A DNA stretch of 64,000 nt, from contig JBAXJI010000001.1 of the NCBI GenBank assembly GCA_037137935.1, positions 1,771-65,770 of the forward strand, given 5' to 3'. This document shows positions 38,285-46,856 of this stretch, piece after piece (positions within the stretch are counted from its first letter, which is position 1; each line of letters starts with the position of its first letter). A program made the position numbers and the translations under genes. This DNA comes from Candidatus Saccharimonadota bacterium. GTDB lineage: Bacteria > Patescibacteriota > Saccharimonadia > Saccharimonadales > AQU-01. A model generated the notes under the pieces. It did not search any database, was not told where the DNA came from, and was given only the letters and a program-made list of their open reading frames with translations.

Positions 38285-38360
38285 TGGCGGGCTCGACCGG
38301 ATTTGAACCGGCGATCTCCTCCGTGACAGGGAGGCATGTTAACCACTACACCACGAGCCC
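38285..38360 (-). tRNA. tRNA-Asp(GTC)
   Basis: GGGCTCG/CGAGCCC acceptor stem, CCTCC-CTGTCAC-GGAGG, GGTTCAAATCC, GCCA. Confidence 0.96.
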
Positions 38361-38489
38361 GTATTTGTTTAGACGTTAGTTCAAGCAAATACGCCTGTCA
38401 CTACGTTCATGTTATATTAGCAAATCTAAAGAGTTTATGCAATCATCTTCATCTGTTAGAATAATCAAGTCATCAGAGTTTTTCAGCGC

Positions 38490-38564
38490 GCCGAAGTAGC
38501 TCAGTGGTAGAGCAGTACTTTCGTAAAGTAAAGGTCGCGGGTCCAACTCCCGCCTTCGGCTCCA
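38490..38564 (+). tRNA. tRNA-Thr(CGT)
   Basis: GCCGAAG/CTTCGGC acceptor stem, loop TTCGTAA, atypical T-loop TCCAACT, TCCA. Confidence 0.88.
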
Positions 38565-38594
38565 AAAATCACAAAATGTATACATTATTGACGA

Positions 38595-38668
38595 GCGGGT
38601 ATGGTTTAGTGGTAAAACGTATCCTTCCCAAGGATGAATCGAGAGTTCGATTCTCTCTACCCGCACCA
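38595..38668 (+). tRNA. tRNA-Gly(CCC)
   Basis: GCGGGTA/TACCCGC acceptor stem, TATCC-TTCCCAA-GGATG, GTTCGATTC, ACCA. Confidence 0.93.
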
Positions 38669-38698
38669 TTTACGGATAAACTTGCTATACTGAAGCTT

Positions 38699-39097
38699 AT
38701 GATTAAAGCAGTGGTGTTCGATTACGGTGGTGTCATTTACAAAAACCTACATTGGCACAATGACATGTTTAAATTGGCTGGTGATTTGCGCGCTAATGAT
38801 TATAAGACTGCTATTTTGTCGAATATGATAGCTCCCCTGGCCTGGATGGCTAACCGCTTTCCGTCCACCAAAGACTTCTCGCCAGTAGTGATATCGGCAG
38901 ATGTTGGCCACTCTAAACCCAAACCAGAAATCTACCACATACTCTTAGAAAAGATTGGGCTAAATGCTAACGAATGCTTGTTTATAGACGATCGTCCAGA
39001 AAATCTGGCTACAGCAAAAACTATAGGCTTCGAAACTATGCTAGTCAAAAAACCGGCAACAACTGTTAAAGATATTCGCCAACTACTTAGAATATAA
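38699..39097 (+). CDS. HAD-superfamily hydrolase (short, cap-less)
   Basis: MIKAVVFDYGGV, ILSN, KPKPEIY, FIDDRPENL; true start lies downstream of the tRNAs. Confidence 0.88.
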   Translation: MIKAVVFDYGGVIYKNLHWHNDMFKLAGDLRANDYKTAILSNMIAPLAWMANRFPSTKDFSPVVISADVGHSKPKPEIYHILLEKIGLNANECLFIDDRPENLATAKTIGFETMLVKKPATTVKDIRQLLRI

Positions 39098-39101
39098 TTT
39101 A

Positions 39102-39449
39102 TTAAAAGGAACGCTTATTGAGGGGTTTTTGATCGTTTTCTTTTATCGCCTCAGATATTTCGGGATTATCTACGACCAAACTAGCCAATGCTAAGCCCAA
39201 ATTTTCAGCTCTTGCCGCAATAATTGCACCTTTATAAAACTCTACTAACGGATCAGCCTTACCCGGTTCAACCTCAAAAGGGCCATAGACTTCCCCGGCC
39301 AATGAAGCTATCATGTCAAGTTTTCGTAAATCGTCCGCAGGTGTCATGCTTGGAAGGACTTCGGAGCTTAACACGTCGTATTCATACGCAAAATCTCTGG
39401 TTATATCACCAAGACTGTTTGAACCAAACATCTCTTCATTCATACGCAT
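39102..39449 (-). CDS. Hypothetical protein
   Basis: 115 aa acidic ORF; TAGAAT directly upstream. Confidence 0.55.
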   Translation of the reverse strand: MRMNEEMFGSNSLGDITRDFAYEYDVLSSEVLPSMTPADDLRKLDMIASLAGEVYGPFEVEPGKADPLVEFYKGAIIAARAENLGLALASLVVDNPEISEAIKENDQKPLNKRSF

Positions 39450-39577
39450 ATTCTATCATAATATGACATAATATGCAATTGCTTATGTTTGTTAGCGCAA
39501 TACTTACAAATACGGCATAGGGTTTTCACGGTAACTAAATAGCGATATAATGCATTTATACTTAACTGAGGTACCAC

Positions 39578-40864
39578 ATGAAGATTATAGATATTCACGC
39601 ACGACAAATATTAGATAGCCGCGGCAATCCGACCATCGAAGCCGATGTGCGACTTAGCGACGACACCATCGGGCGAGCAGCCGTACCGTCTGGAGCGAGT
39701 ACTGGTAGCCACGAAGCTATCGAATTACGAGATGGCGAATCGGCCTATGGAGGAAAAGGCGTCACAAAAGCAGTCGCCTACATTAATGGCGAAATTAGGT
39801 CTGCCTTGATAGCCGCAGAAGACCTCGACCAAGCCAGCGTAGATAAGATTATGATTGAATTAGACGGCACAAATAACAAGGGTCGATTAGGCGCGAATGC
39901 CGTATTGGCAGTGTCACTTGCCTTCGCTAAAGCTGCCGCACTCAGCCGTAAACAACCACTCTATGTATATGTAGCAGATTTAGCTGGAAATCAAACATTC
40001 ACCCTGCCCTTGCCAATGATGAACATTATAAACGGTGGAGCTCATGCCGCAGGAAGTACAGATATTCAAGAATTTATGATTATGCCGGTGGGCGCTAAAA
40101 GTTTTAGTCACTGTATACAAATTGGTGCCGAAATATTCCACAGTCTAGCCAAAGTTCTAAACAGCCATGGATACTCAACTACTGTTGGCGACGAAGGCGG
40201 CTACGCTCCAGCCGTCAAAAATGGCAACGCTGAAGCATTGGAACTAATTGCAGAGGCCACTAAAAACGCTGGCTACACTCTAGGAACTGATGTCGTTTTG
40301 GCCTTAGATGTAGCGGCTAGTGAACTAATAGAAAACGGCAAATATAACCTAAAGACAGAGGCCAAACAACTTACTAGCGACGACATGATTAACTTCTACC
40401 GAGATATCACTTCTCGCTTCCCTGTTGTTTCGATCGAAGACGGATTAGCCGAAGACGATTGGACAGGCTGGCAGTCATTAACTGAACAACTTGGCGACAA
40501 GATTCAGTTAGTTGGCGATGATTTACTTGTCACTAATACTGATTTTCTAAAGCGTGGAATTACCGAGAAATCGGCCAATGCGATTTTGATAAAAGTTAAT
40601 CAAATTGGCACTCTAACAGAGACAATAAATGCAGTAACAATGGCTCACAAAGCTGGATGGAAAGCAGTAATATCTCATCGTTCTGGTGAAACCGAGGACA
40701 CTACAATCGCCCACCTAGCAGTAGGACTAAATACTGGGCAAATCAAAACTGGCAGTTTGAGTCGAAGTGATAGAGTTGCCAAATACAACGAACTTATGCG
40801 CATCGAAGAAGAACTAGGTGAAGGTGCAGTATTTATGGGCAAGAATGCCTTGGGAGTGCAATAA
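39578..40864 (+). CDS. eno: Enolase
   Basis: [42 protein letters not shown]. Confidence 0.98.
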   Translation: MKIIDIHARQILDSRGNPTIEADVRLSDDTIGRAAVPSGASTGSHEAIELRDGESAYGGKGVTKAVAYINGEIRSALIAAEDLDQASVDKIMIELDGTNNKGRLGANAVLAVSLAFAKAAALSRKQPLYVYVADLAGNQTFTLPLPMMNIINGGAHAAGSTDIQEFMIMPVGAKSFSHCIQIGAEIFHSLAKVLNSHGYSTTVGDEGGYAPAVKNGNAEALELIAEATKNAGYTLGTDVVLALDVAASELIENGKYNLKTEAKQLTSDDMINFYRDITSRFPVVSIEDGLAEDDWTGWQSLTEQLGDKIQLVGDDLLVTNTDFLKRGITEKSANAILIKVNQIGTLTETINAVTMAHKAGWKAVISHRSGETEDTTIAHLAVGLNTGQIKTGSLSRSDRVAKYNELMRIEEELGEGAVFMGKNALGVQ

Positions 40865-41488
40865 ATGGCCTACTTAGTACTCGTACGACACGGGCAATCC
40901 GAATGGAACGCGCTTGGCCTTTGGACAGGCTGGCACGACACACCGTTAACCGCCAAAGGTCGCGAAGAAGCACGTCAAGCTGCAGAATATTTACAAGACT
41001 TCAAACTACATAAAGCTCACACATCAAACTTAGTTAGAGCTCAACAAACATTAGATGAAATAAAGTCAGAGCTCAACCATCAAAATCTAGAAACTGTGAA
41101 TCACGCCGCTTTAGACGAACGTCATTACGGCGATTATACAGGCAAGAATAAATGGCAGGTCAAAGATGAAATTGGCGAGGTTGAATTCAATAAATTACGC
41201 CGCGAGTGGAATTATCCTGTACCAAATGGTGAAACTTTAAAAGATGTTCATGATCGCGCTATTCCCTACTATCAAGAGCACATCATAAATGACTTAAAGG
41301 ATGGCAAAAACATAATAATCGCTGGGCACGGTAATACTCTGCGAGCACTCATGAAACACCTAGAGGAAGTCGACGACAACGATGTTCACACACTAGAAAT
41401 CGGCACAGGACAAGTGCTTGTTTACGAGATAAATAACGACGGCAAGATGATAAGCAAGCAAATCCGTTCTTCGGGCGGAAAAGCTTAA
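40865..41488 (+). CDS. gpmA: 2,3-BPG-dependent phosphoglycerate mutase
   Basis: LVRHGQSEWN, ERHYG, GETLKD, HGNTLRAL. Confidence 0.94.
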   Translation: MAYLVLVRHGQSEWNALGLWTGWHDTPLTAKGREEARQAAEYLQDFKLHKAHTSNLVRAQQTLDEIKSELNHQNLETVNHAALDERHYGDYTGKNKWQVKDEIGEVEFNKLRREWNYPVPNGETLKDVHDRAIPYYQEHIINDLKDGKNIIIAGHGNTLRALMKHLEEVDDNDVHTLEIGTGQVLVYEINNDGKMISKQIRSSGGKA

Positions 41489-42558
41489 AGCTTGATGTAG
41501 GTTGTGGTTTTTTGCTTTAGGTTTAGATCGCTGATATACGAGTTAATATCTTTTAGTTTGAATACTATATGTGCGGAACGAATTTTATCACCCTGTATTT
41601 CTATGGCTTTAACGATTTCTAAAGAGTAACCGGTATTAACTATGCCGGATATTTGCCCGTTGGATAATTTGAACAACTCATTTGTCAGCTGTGGCGGAAC
41701 ATCACGATTAGATTTATCGATAGCTATGCCATAGTCACCGCCATTGTTTTTTGAGCCTAGGTCGTCTGAGTATTTTGCGGCTACTGCTGCAAAGTCGGCT
41801 CCGGCATTTAATTCTGCCAATGCAGCTTTGGCTCGAGCGTTAGTTGCGACATCAAGTACGGCCACAACTTTTTGTGCTAATAGTTGCTGTTTAAGCTCTC
41901 GTTTAAAGTCCGCTACAGACCAACCAAAGTTGTCTTGAAGAACATCCTGAAAGCCCTTTTCGTTAGCGCCCAATCGATTCTGATTACGAACAAGTGTATA
42001 GAGGTCATTTAGTTCGCGGTCACTTACAGAGACCTTGTTTTTTGCTGCCAGCTGTCTTACTGCCGCGTTATTAATTACTTCCTGAAGAGCTCGACGCTTG
42101 TAATCAGTAATCTGTTGTTTGCCTAGTCCAGCAGTAAAGTCTGTTTTTTGCTGTGTTTCATAGTAGTGAACATAGTGGCGCAAATCGAATAGATAATTCT
42201 CGTAAGATACATAACTACCGCCAACTTTGGCTACTGGAAACGGAATCACCCTAGTCACCCCATAAAGAAAATCAGAAGAAGATTTATGACCATAAAGCTC
42301 AACTAAACTAAAAGTCGTAAAACTAGCTATTGCCAAGACGAATATTATCGTCGAGACCACCACAATCTTGTGCTTGGAGTGTTGCAGAGGTAAAACAAAT
42401 TTACGCGCGCTAGACAACACTTCTTCGCGGTGTTCGGCTACATTCTCGTTAGTCATTCTCAATAAATCACTGACCTGTTCTCGCTTAGATTTGCGACGCA
42501 AGATCTTAGACTTAAATTTTTTGGCTAGAGGCTTAATCTTCTTCGGTAATATCTTCAT
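41485..42558 (-). CDS. SurA/PrsA-like peptidylprolyl isomerase foldase
   Basis: TM helix, SurA N-domain, FAAVAAKYSDD..NGGDYG..ISGIVNTGY parvulin domain; start uncertain (ORF track gives 42591). Confidence 0.85.
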   Translation of the reverse strand: MKILPKKIKPLAKKFKSKILRRKSKREQVSDLLRMTNENVAEHREEVLSSARKFVLPLQHSKHKIVVVSTIIFVLAIASFTTFSLVELYGHKSSSDFLYGVTRVIPFPVAKVGGSYVSYENYLFDLRHYVHYYETQQKTDFTAGLGKQQITDYKRRALQEVINNAAVRQLAAKNKVSVSDRELNDLYTLVRNQNRLGANEKGFQDVLQDNFGWSVADFKRELKQQLLAQKVVAVLDVATNARAKAALAELNAGADFAAVAAKYSDDLGSKNNGGDYGIAIDKSNRDVPPQLTNELFKLSNGQISGIVNTGYSLEIVKAIEIQGDKIRSAHIVFKLKDINSYISDLNLKQKTTTYIKL

Positions 42559-43102
42559 CGTCAATTTTTCCCTTAAACGCTGGCAATGCACTGGTAGTTA
42601 TGCCCTTATCGCGCAATATCTTTAAAATTTTCTTGGATATCTCGGCAGGATGATGAACATCGTGTATAACCAAGTCGCCGACATAAGTCTGCATCATTAT
42701 TGTACCAAATCCCAGCAATGTTTCCTGAAATCCGGCTATCTGATAGTTGACCATTTGAATCTGAGCTAGCGTCAAATCAACTACTGTACGATGAAAAAGG
42801 CCTTTTTGGGTAATCTGGATAAGCCGTTGGTCTGTAACGATAAAGACGCTGTAATACCAGGCTACCCATGCAGGAAAGAATATTATAATTCCGAGCAATA
42901 GACCGCCCAATAAACCACCAAAAAAATAAATATATTCGGGCTTAATAAGTGAAGGCAGAGTACCAACTAGCAGAGCTAACATGCCAAATATTAGACCCTT
43001 TCGCATGACTATCGGGTGCTTGCGAAACAAGAATAATACTTCTTCGTCGTCGAACTGGTCTTCGAAATGTTTAGGTGCGGTATTTTTGTCTTTCTTTGCC
43101 AT
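42533..43102 (-). CDS. Bacterial PH-domain membrane protein
   Basis: RKHP, two TM helices, FIVTDQRLIQITQKGLF, LGFGTI. Confidence 0.8.
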   Translation of the reverse strand: MAKKDKNTAPKHFEDQFDDEEVLFLFRKHPIVMRKGLIFGMLALLVGTLPSLIKPEYIYFFGGLLGGLLLGIIIFFPAWVAWYYSVFIVTDQRLIQITQKGLFHRTVVDLTLAQIQMVNYQIAGFQETLLGFGTIMMQTYVGDLVIHDVHHPAEISKKILKILRDKGITTSALPAFKGKIDDEDITEED

Positions 43103-43151
43103 ATTAGTTCTATTTTAACACTTTAATTCTTATTAGCCTTAAACCTGTCTT

Positions 43152-43413
43152 TGGTGCCCCCACCAGGAGTATTGCTTCGAGCCTTGGCGTAAAATACGCC
43201 TAGGTCTCTTCATATAGCCGTCCAGTAAAGAAAATTACTTTACTGTTCCGTTATCGAACTAGAGCTTCTCCTTCTTTAGGCCAGCAATTTTGGTGCCTCC
43301 GAGAGGATTCGAACCTCTAGCTTCTCCTTAGGACGGAGTTATTTTATCCATTGAACTACGGAGACAAAATTTGCTGGCGGACGGAGCTATTTTATCCATT
43401 GAACTATGGGGGC
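43152..43413 (-). pseudogene. Interrupted tRNA-Arg(CCG) in three pieces (43378-43413, 43255-43273, 43152-43170)
   Basis: Joined pieces give GCCCCCA..CTCC-GTCCG|AA-GGAG..CTAGTTCG|ACTCCTGG-TGGGGGC-ACCA with a perfect 7-bp acceptor stem; the 5' T-stem strand lacks one G. Confidence 0.8.
43291..43365 (-). tRNA. tRNA-Arg(CCT)
   Basis: GTCTCCG/CGGAGGC acceptor stem, CTCC-GTCCTAA-GGAG, AGAGG-TTCGAAT-CCTCT, ACCA. Confidence 0.92.
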
Positions 43414-43451
43414 CTAACCCCTATATTCTACCACTTAACGGGGCTAGAGGC

Positions 43452-43964
43452 CTACTTCTTACGAGCTTTTGCCTGAGTGTAGACTTCGTGAACAGTTTGA
43501 TAGTCGAATAATTCATTATCGTTAAACCAGTGTTTGATCTCGGCAGCTGCCTCTGTTTCGTCACCTGAAGCATGCAAGATATTTGGTATGCCAATCCCCT
43601 CTTTGTCGGCGTGTCCATAACTCATATGAGCATAGTCACCTCTTATAGTACCCGGTAGTGCCGACTTAGGCTCAGTAGTACCAATCATCTTGCGGACAAG
43701 ACTGACAGCCTCAACACCTTCAAGCACCATAGCAATAACAGGGCTTTCCTGCATCATACCAAGCGTAACGTCAAAAACCTTCTGACCACGACGAGACACA
43801 AGGTTACTGATACCTTCATAGTGATGATGAAAATGAGCTTCATCAGGTCGAACCATCTTAGAACCAACTACTTTAAGCCCTACTTTCTCAAAACGACTTA
43901 GTATTTCTCCGACTAATCCGCGCTTTATTGAGTCTGGTTTGAATATAATAAGTGTTCGTTCCAT
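43452..43964 (-). CDS. ndk: Nucleoside diphosphate kinase
   Basis: ERTLIIFKPD, GTTEPKSALPGTIRGDY, NILHAS. Confidence 0.95.
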   Translation of the reverse strand: MERTLIIFKPDSIKRGLVGEILSRFEKVGLKVVGSKMVRPDEAHFHHHYEGISNLVSRRGQKVFDVTLGMMQESPVIAMVLEGVEAVSLVRKMIGTTEPKSALPGTIRGDYAHMSYGHADKEGIGIPNILHASGDETEAAAEIKHWFNDNELFDYQTVHEVYTQAKARKK

Positions 43965-44066
43965 AGATTCCTTTGTGATTAAGATAAGTCTATTTTAACA
44001 GATGAAGCGGCAAAGTTCTAACCTTTTAAATCTCCTACCCTCTATGATGCAGCGAGCTCCTAGACA

Positions 44067-44113
44067 TTGCAAGGTCTCACCTTGCAACAAGGTGAGACCT
44101 TGGAGTGCCTTGC
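44067..44113. repeat. REP-like palindromes
   Basis: ttgcaaggtctcaccttgcaa followed by caaggtgagaccttg. Confidence 0.75.
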
Positions 44114-44191
44114 GGTAAAAAGTATTTTTTGCTGTTATGTGGCTATCACTTTGGTTTGTGTCGTACAATAAGGTTATGTTAATGAGTAAAT

Positions 44192-45109
44192 GTGATGTTA
44201 TTTAGCAAAGCAAAGACTGATTATTTGGAATATCTTGAGATTGAGCAAAATCGATCCCAGAAGACTATAGCCAATTATGATCATTATCTGACACGCTTAA
44301 TAGATTTTGCCGGAGAGATAAAAATAAGTGAAATCGATGCTGAACTTATTCGTAAATGGCGTCTCTGGCTAAATAGACTCGGCACCAACACCTCTGACGA
44401 ATTACAAAAATCGACACAGAACTATCATCTTATAGCTTTAAGAAGTTTTTTGAAGTACTGCGCTAAGCGTGACATCCCTGCCCTTACGGCTGACAAAATC
44501 GAACTCGCCCGAACCGTCCGTAAACAAGTAACATTCTTGAACGAAGACGAGCTAGACCGTCTATTTGCCCAACCCGATATCAGCAAGTTGTCTGGCATTC
44601 GTGATCGAGCAATCCTAGAGCTACTCTTTAGTAGTGGTCTGCGCGTATCGGAGCTTGTTGGGCTCGACAAAGACCATATCAACCTGAAGCGACGCGAGTT
44701 TATGGTTAGAGGTAAGGGCCAGAAAGATCGTCCTATCTTTATTAGTCCAGCAGCCGCTAAGTGGCTAAGCCACTACTTAGAAAAACGCGAAGATAATGTT
44801 AAGCCGCTATTCGTCCGTTATAGTGGCAGCAAAAAAGTTGACCTATCTGGCGACTTTCACAGATTGACTGCGCGTAGTGTCCAACGATTAGTCGCCCGTT
44901 ACGCCCTGCTAGCCGGAATAACCAAACATGTCAGCCCACACACACTCAGACACAGCTTTGCTACCGACCTAATCATGAACGGCGGTGATTTACGCGCCGT
45001 ACAAGCCATGCTAGGCCACAGCAATATCGCCACAACGCAAATCTACACCCACGTTACCGACCCTCACCTTCGTGCTATCCACGAAAAGTTTCACCGCAAA
45101 GACAACTAG
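44192..45109 (+). CDS. XerC/XerD-like tyrosine recombinase
   Basis: RDRAILELLFSSGLRVSEL, GKGQKDR, PHTLRHSFAT, LGHSNIATTQIY. Confidence 0.93.
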   Translation: MMLFSKAKTDYLEYLEIEQNRSQKTIANYDHYLTRLIDFAGEIKISEIDAELIRKWRLWLNRLGTNTSDELQKSTQNYHLIALRSFLKYCAKRDIPALTADKIELARTVRKQVTFLNEDELDRLFAQPDISKLSGIRDRAILELLFSSGLRVSELVGLDKDHINLKRREFMVRGKGQKDRPIFISPAAAKWLSHYLEKREDNVKPLFVRYSGSKKVDLSGDFHRLTARSVQRLVARYALLAGITKHVSPHTLRHSFATDLIMNGGDLRAVQAMLGHSNIATTQIYTHVTDPHLRAIHEKFHRKDN

Positions 45110-46182
45110 TTAATACCCTTCGCATTGCCACTGCCGCTCAAACAATCAGTATCAATAGCTCCAATAGCATTGATTTTGATCTTCTTGCAAATCTCTGTAG
45201 CTGAATCAATCGAAAAGCTAGGTGTTAGATTTTTGAGGGTGAACGATCTTCTGGCACTAATACGCTTTGTGATGCCGCCAACCTTAGTAGTAACATCTAT
45301 AACTGTCTGAGATTCACTCAAGGAAATACTACTACTCGTAGAATCCTGAGCAATTATAGATACTGTGGCGGCAGAATATATAGGACGAACCCTGACATAG
45401 AAATCTTTGCCCGGCACAACATACATTGTGGCTCGACAAAATTTAGGAGAATTACTTGCCGAACATTTACCGCTAACAATCTCGCCCTTAGAGTCTCCGC
45501 CTTCCACACTATAACCAGTACCGGTGCCATCAGTCGGATACAAATAAAAAGCCTGACTGCTATCAAGCAAGGATTGGGCAGTATTACTCGCCCCCCAAGG
45601 CACTATATCTACCTTTAACACTGGCGGATATGAACTAGACCATTCGGCTAGCTTAGTAAAGCCAGAACCCACTGGAGGTGTGGATGTCGCGGGATTTGTG
45701 CCGTCCCAGCCAACCTCAATTCGTGAGATATCAGTAGCCCCCCTTGTGATAATGTGGATACTCTGTGAATTATCCTTCTCAACAGAATCATAGACTAATG
45801 AATTCTCATCTCGATTTATCAATAAGCAAGTTACGGCCCCTGAACTAATTCCGGTCGGCAATACTATAGGGGGGAAGGCATTTTTCATTTTATATATAGA
45901 GCTGTCTGGCCCAGAACATTTGTTTCCCGAGATACTAGCGACAGTATATGCATTATTGTCTACCGCAGAAATAATAGTGTTTATGGTGGCCTCTCCTGTG
46001 TAGTAAGCCTGGCTATTGAGTTGACGATCTATAGTTTGACGCTGCTCCCGGTTAATGACTTGCGAGTAGGTCATAACTATAATGGTTATTAAAACCATCG
46101 TTATAAGAGTGACTATTATAGACACTATACCCTTTTGATTACTATGTATTTTTGAGCGCTTAGGCATAATCCTTATAGTCAT
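45106..46182 (-). CDS. Minor pilin, PilX-like
   Basis: NQKGIVSIIVTLITM class III signal lacking Glu5; start uncertain (ORF track gives 46227). Confidence 0.7.
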   Translation of the reverse strand: MTIRIMPKRSKIHSNQKGIVSIIVTLITMVLITIIVMTYSQVINREQRQTIDRQLNSQAYYTGEATINTIISAVDNNAYTVASISGNKCSGPDSSIYKMKNAFPPIVLPTGISSGAVTCLLINRDENSLVYDSVEKDNSQSIHIITRGATDISRIEVGWDGTNPATSTPPVGSGFTKLAEWSSSYPPVLKVDIVPWGASNTAQSLLDSSQAFYLYPTDGTGTGYSVEGGDSKGEIVSGKCSASNSPKFCRATMYVVPGKDFYVRVRPIYSAATVSIIAQDSTSSSISLSESQTVIDVTTKVGGITKRISARRSFTLKNLTPSFSIDSATEICKKIKINAIGAIDTDCLSGSGNAKGIN

Positions 46183-46853
46183 TATAGTCGATTCTGAACT
46201 ATTGTAGTTAATTCGGATACTGCACAAAATTCAGTACCGACATTTTTGCCGTCACGACAACGAATATCACCCTTGAGCGGAGCGAGCCCCGCGGTAATAA
46301 CAGATGAAGTGCTAGTACAGTCACCAACTATACTTGGACTACACAACAAGACTGCCTCACCATAAACTAGCCTAACTTTTACTTCATAAACTCCTAATAC
46401 CTGCGTAACAGACAGTGCGACTAAACGTGCGCCTGGTGGAACTAGCTCTCGTTGAGACGCATAATCAAATGAGGTGAGGTCAGCTGGCCCCGTACATGCT
46501 GAAGGGCTGTCTCTAACTAAGACATGCGAAACCTTATCCCCTCCAGCCGTCACTTCTGCCGTCTTGTCAGTTAATCGCTTGCCCAAAACATATGTATATC
46601 GAGCTTCACCAGTACAAAAATAATTTGCTCCAGCAGCAACTCCGCCACTGCCAAACCTTACAGAACCCGTAATCTCTGCACTTATTTCGCGCACAGCTTC
46701 TTGAGTTCTTGTCTGTAGAATACCCTTATAATACATACGTCCGATTCGAATCGTCATAGTCGATACTATAGTCAAAAAAACAGACATAATCGTCGTAGCA
46801 ATCAATAACTCTATGAGTGTAAAGCCGCTTTGATGTTCGTTATATTTTTTCAT
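46182..46853 (-). CDS. Minor pilin, PilW-like
   Basis: QSGFTLIELLIA N-methylation motif. Confidence 0.85.
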   Translation of the reverse strand: MKKYNEHQSGFTLIELLIATTIMSVFLTIVSTMTIRIGRMYYKGILQTRTQEAVREISAEITGSVRFGSGGVAAGANYFCTGEARYTYVLGKRLTDKTAEVTAGGDKVSHVLVRDSPSACTGPADLTSFDYASQRELVPPGARLVALSVTQVLGVYEVKVRLVYGEAVLLCSPSIVGDCTSTSSVITAGLAPLKGDIRCRDGKNVGTEFCAVSELTTIVQNRL

Positions 46854-46856
46854 AAT

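Noticed and set aside
31547-38360. Prophage or ICE integrated at tRNA-Asp
   Set aside because: No integrase, structural, replication or conjugation genes lie between the repeats.
37574-38698. ORFs 37574-37795, 37854-38069, 38080-38379, 38412-38669 and the 5' extension of 38504-39097
   Set aside because: They overlap tRNAs, repeats or a better ORF.
43171-43377. Group I/II intron or archaeal BHB intron in tRNA-Arg
   Set aside because: The inserts are only 84 and 104 nt, lack ribozyme core motifs, and I could not find a convincing bulge-helix-bulge.
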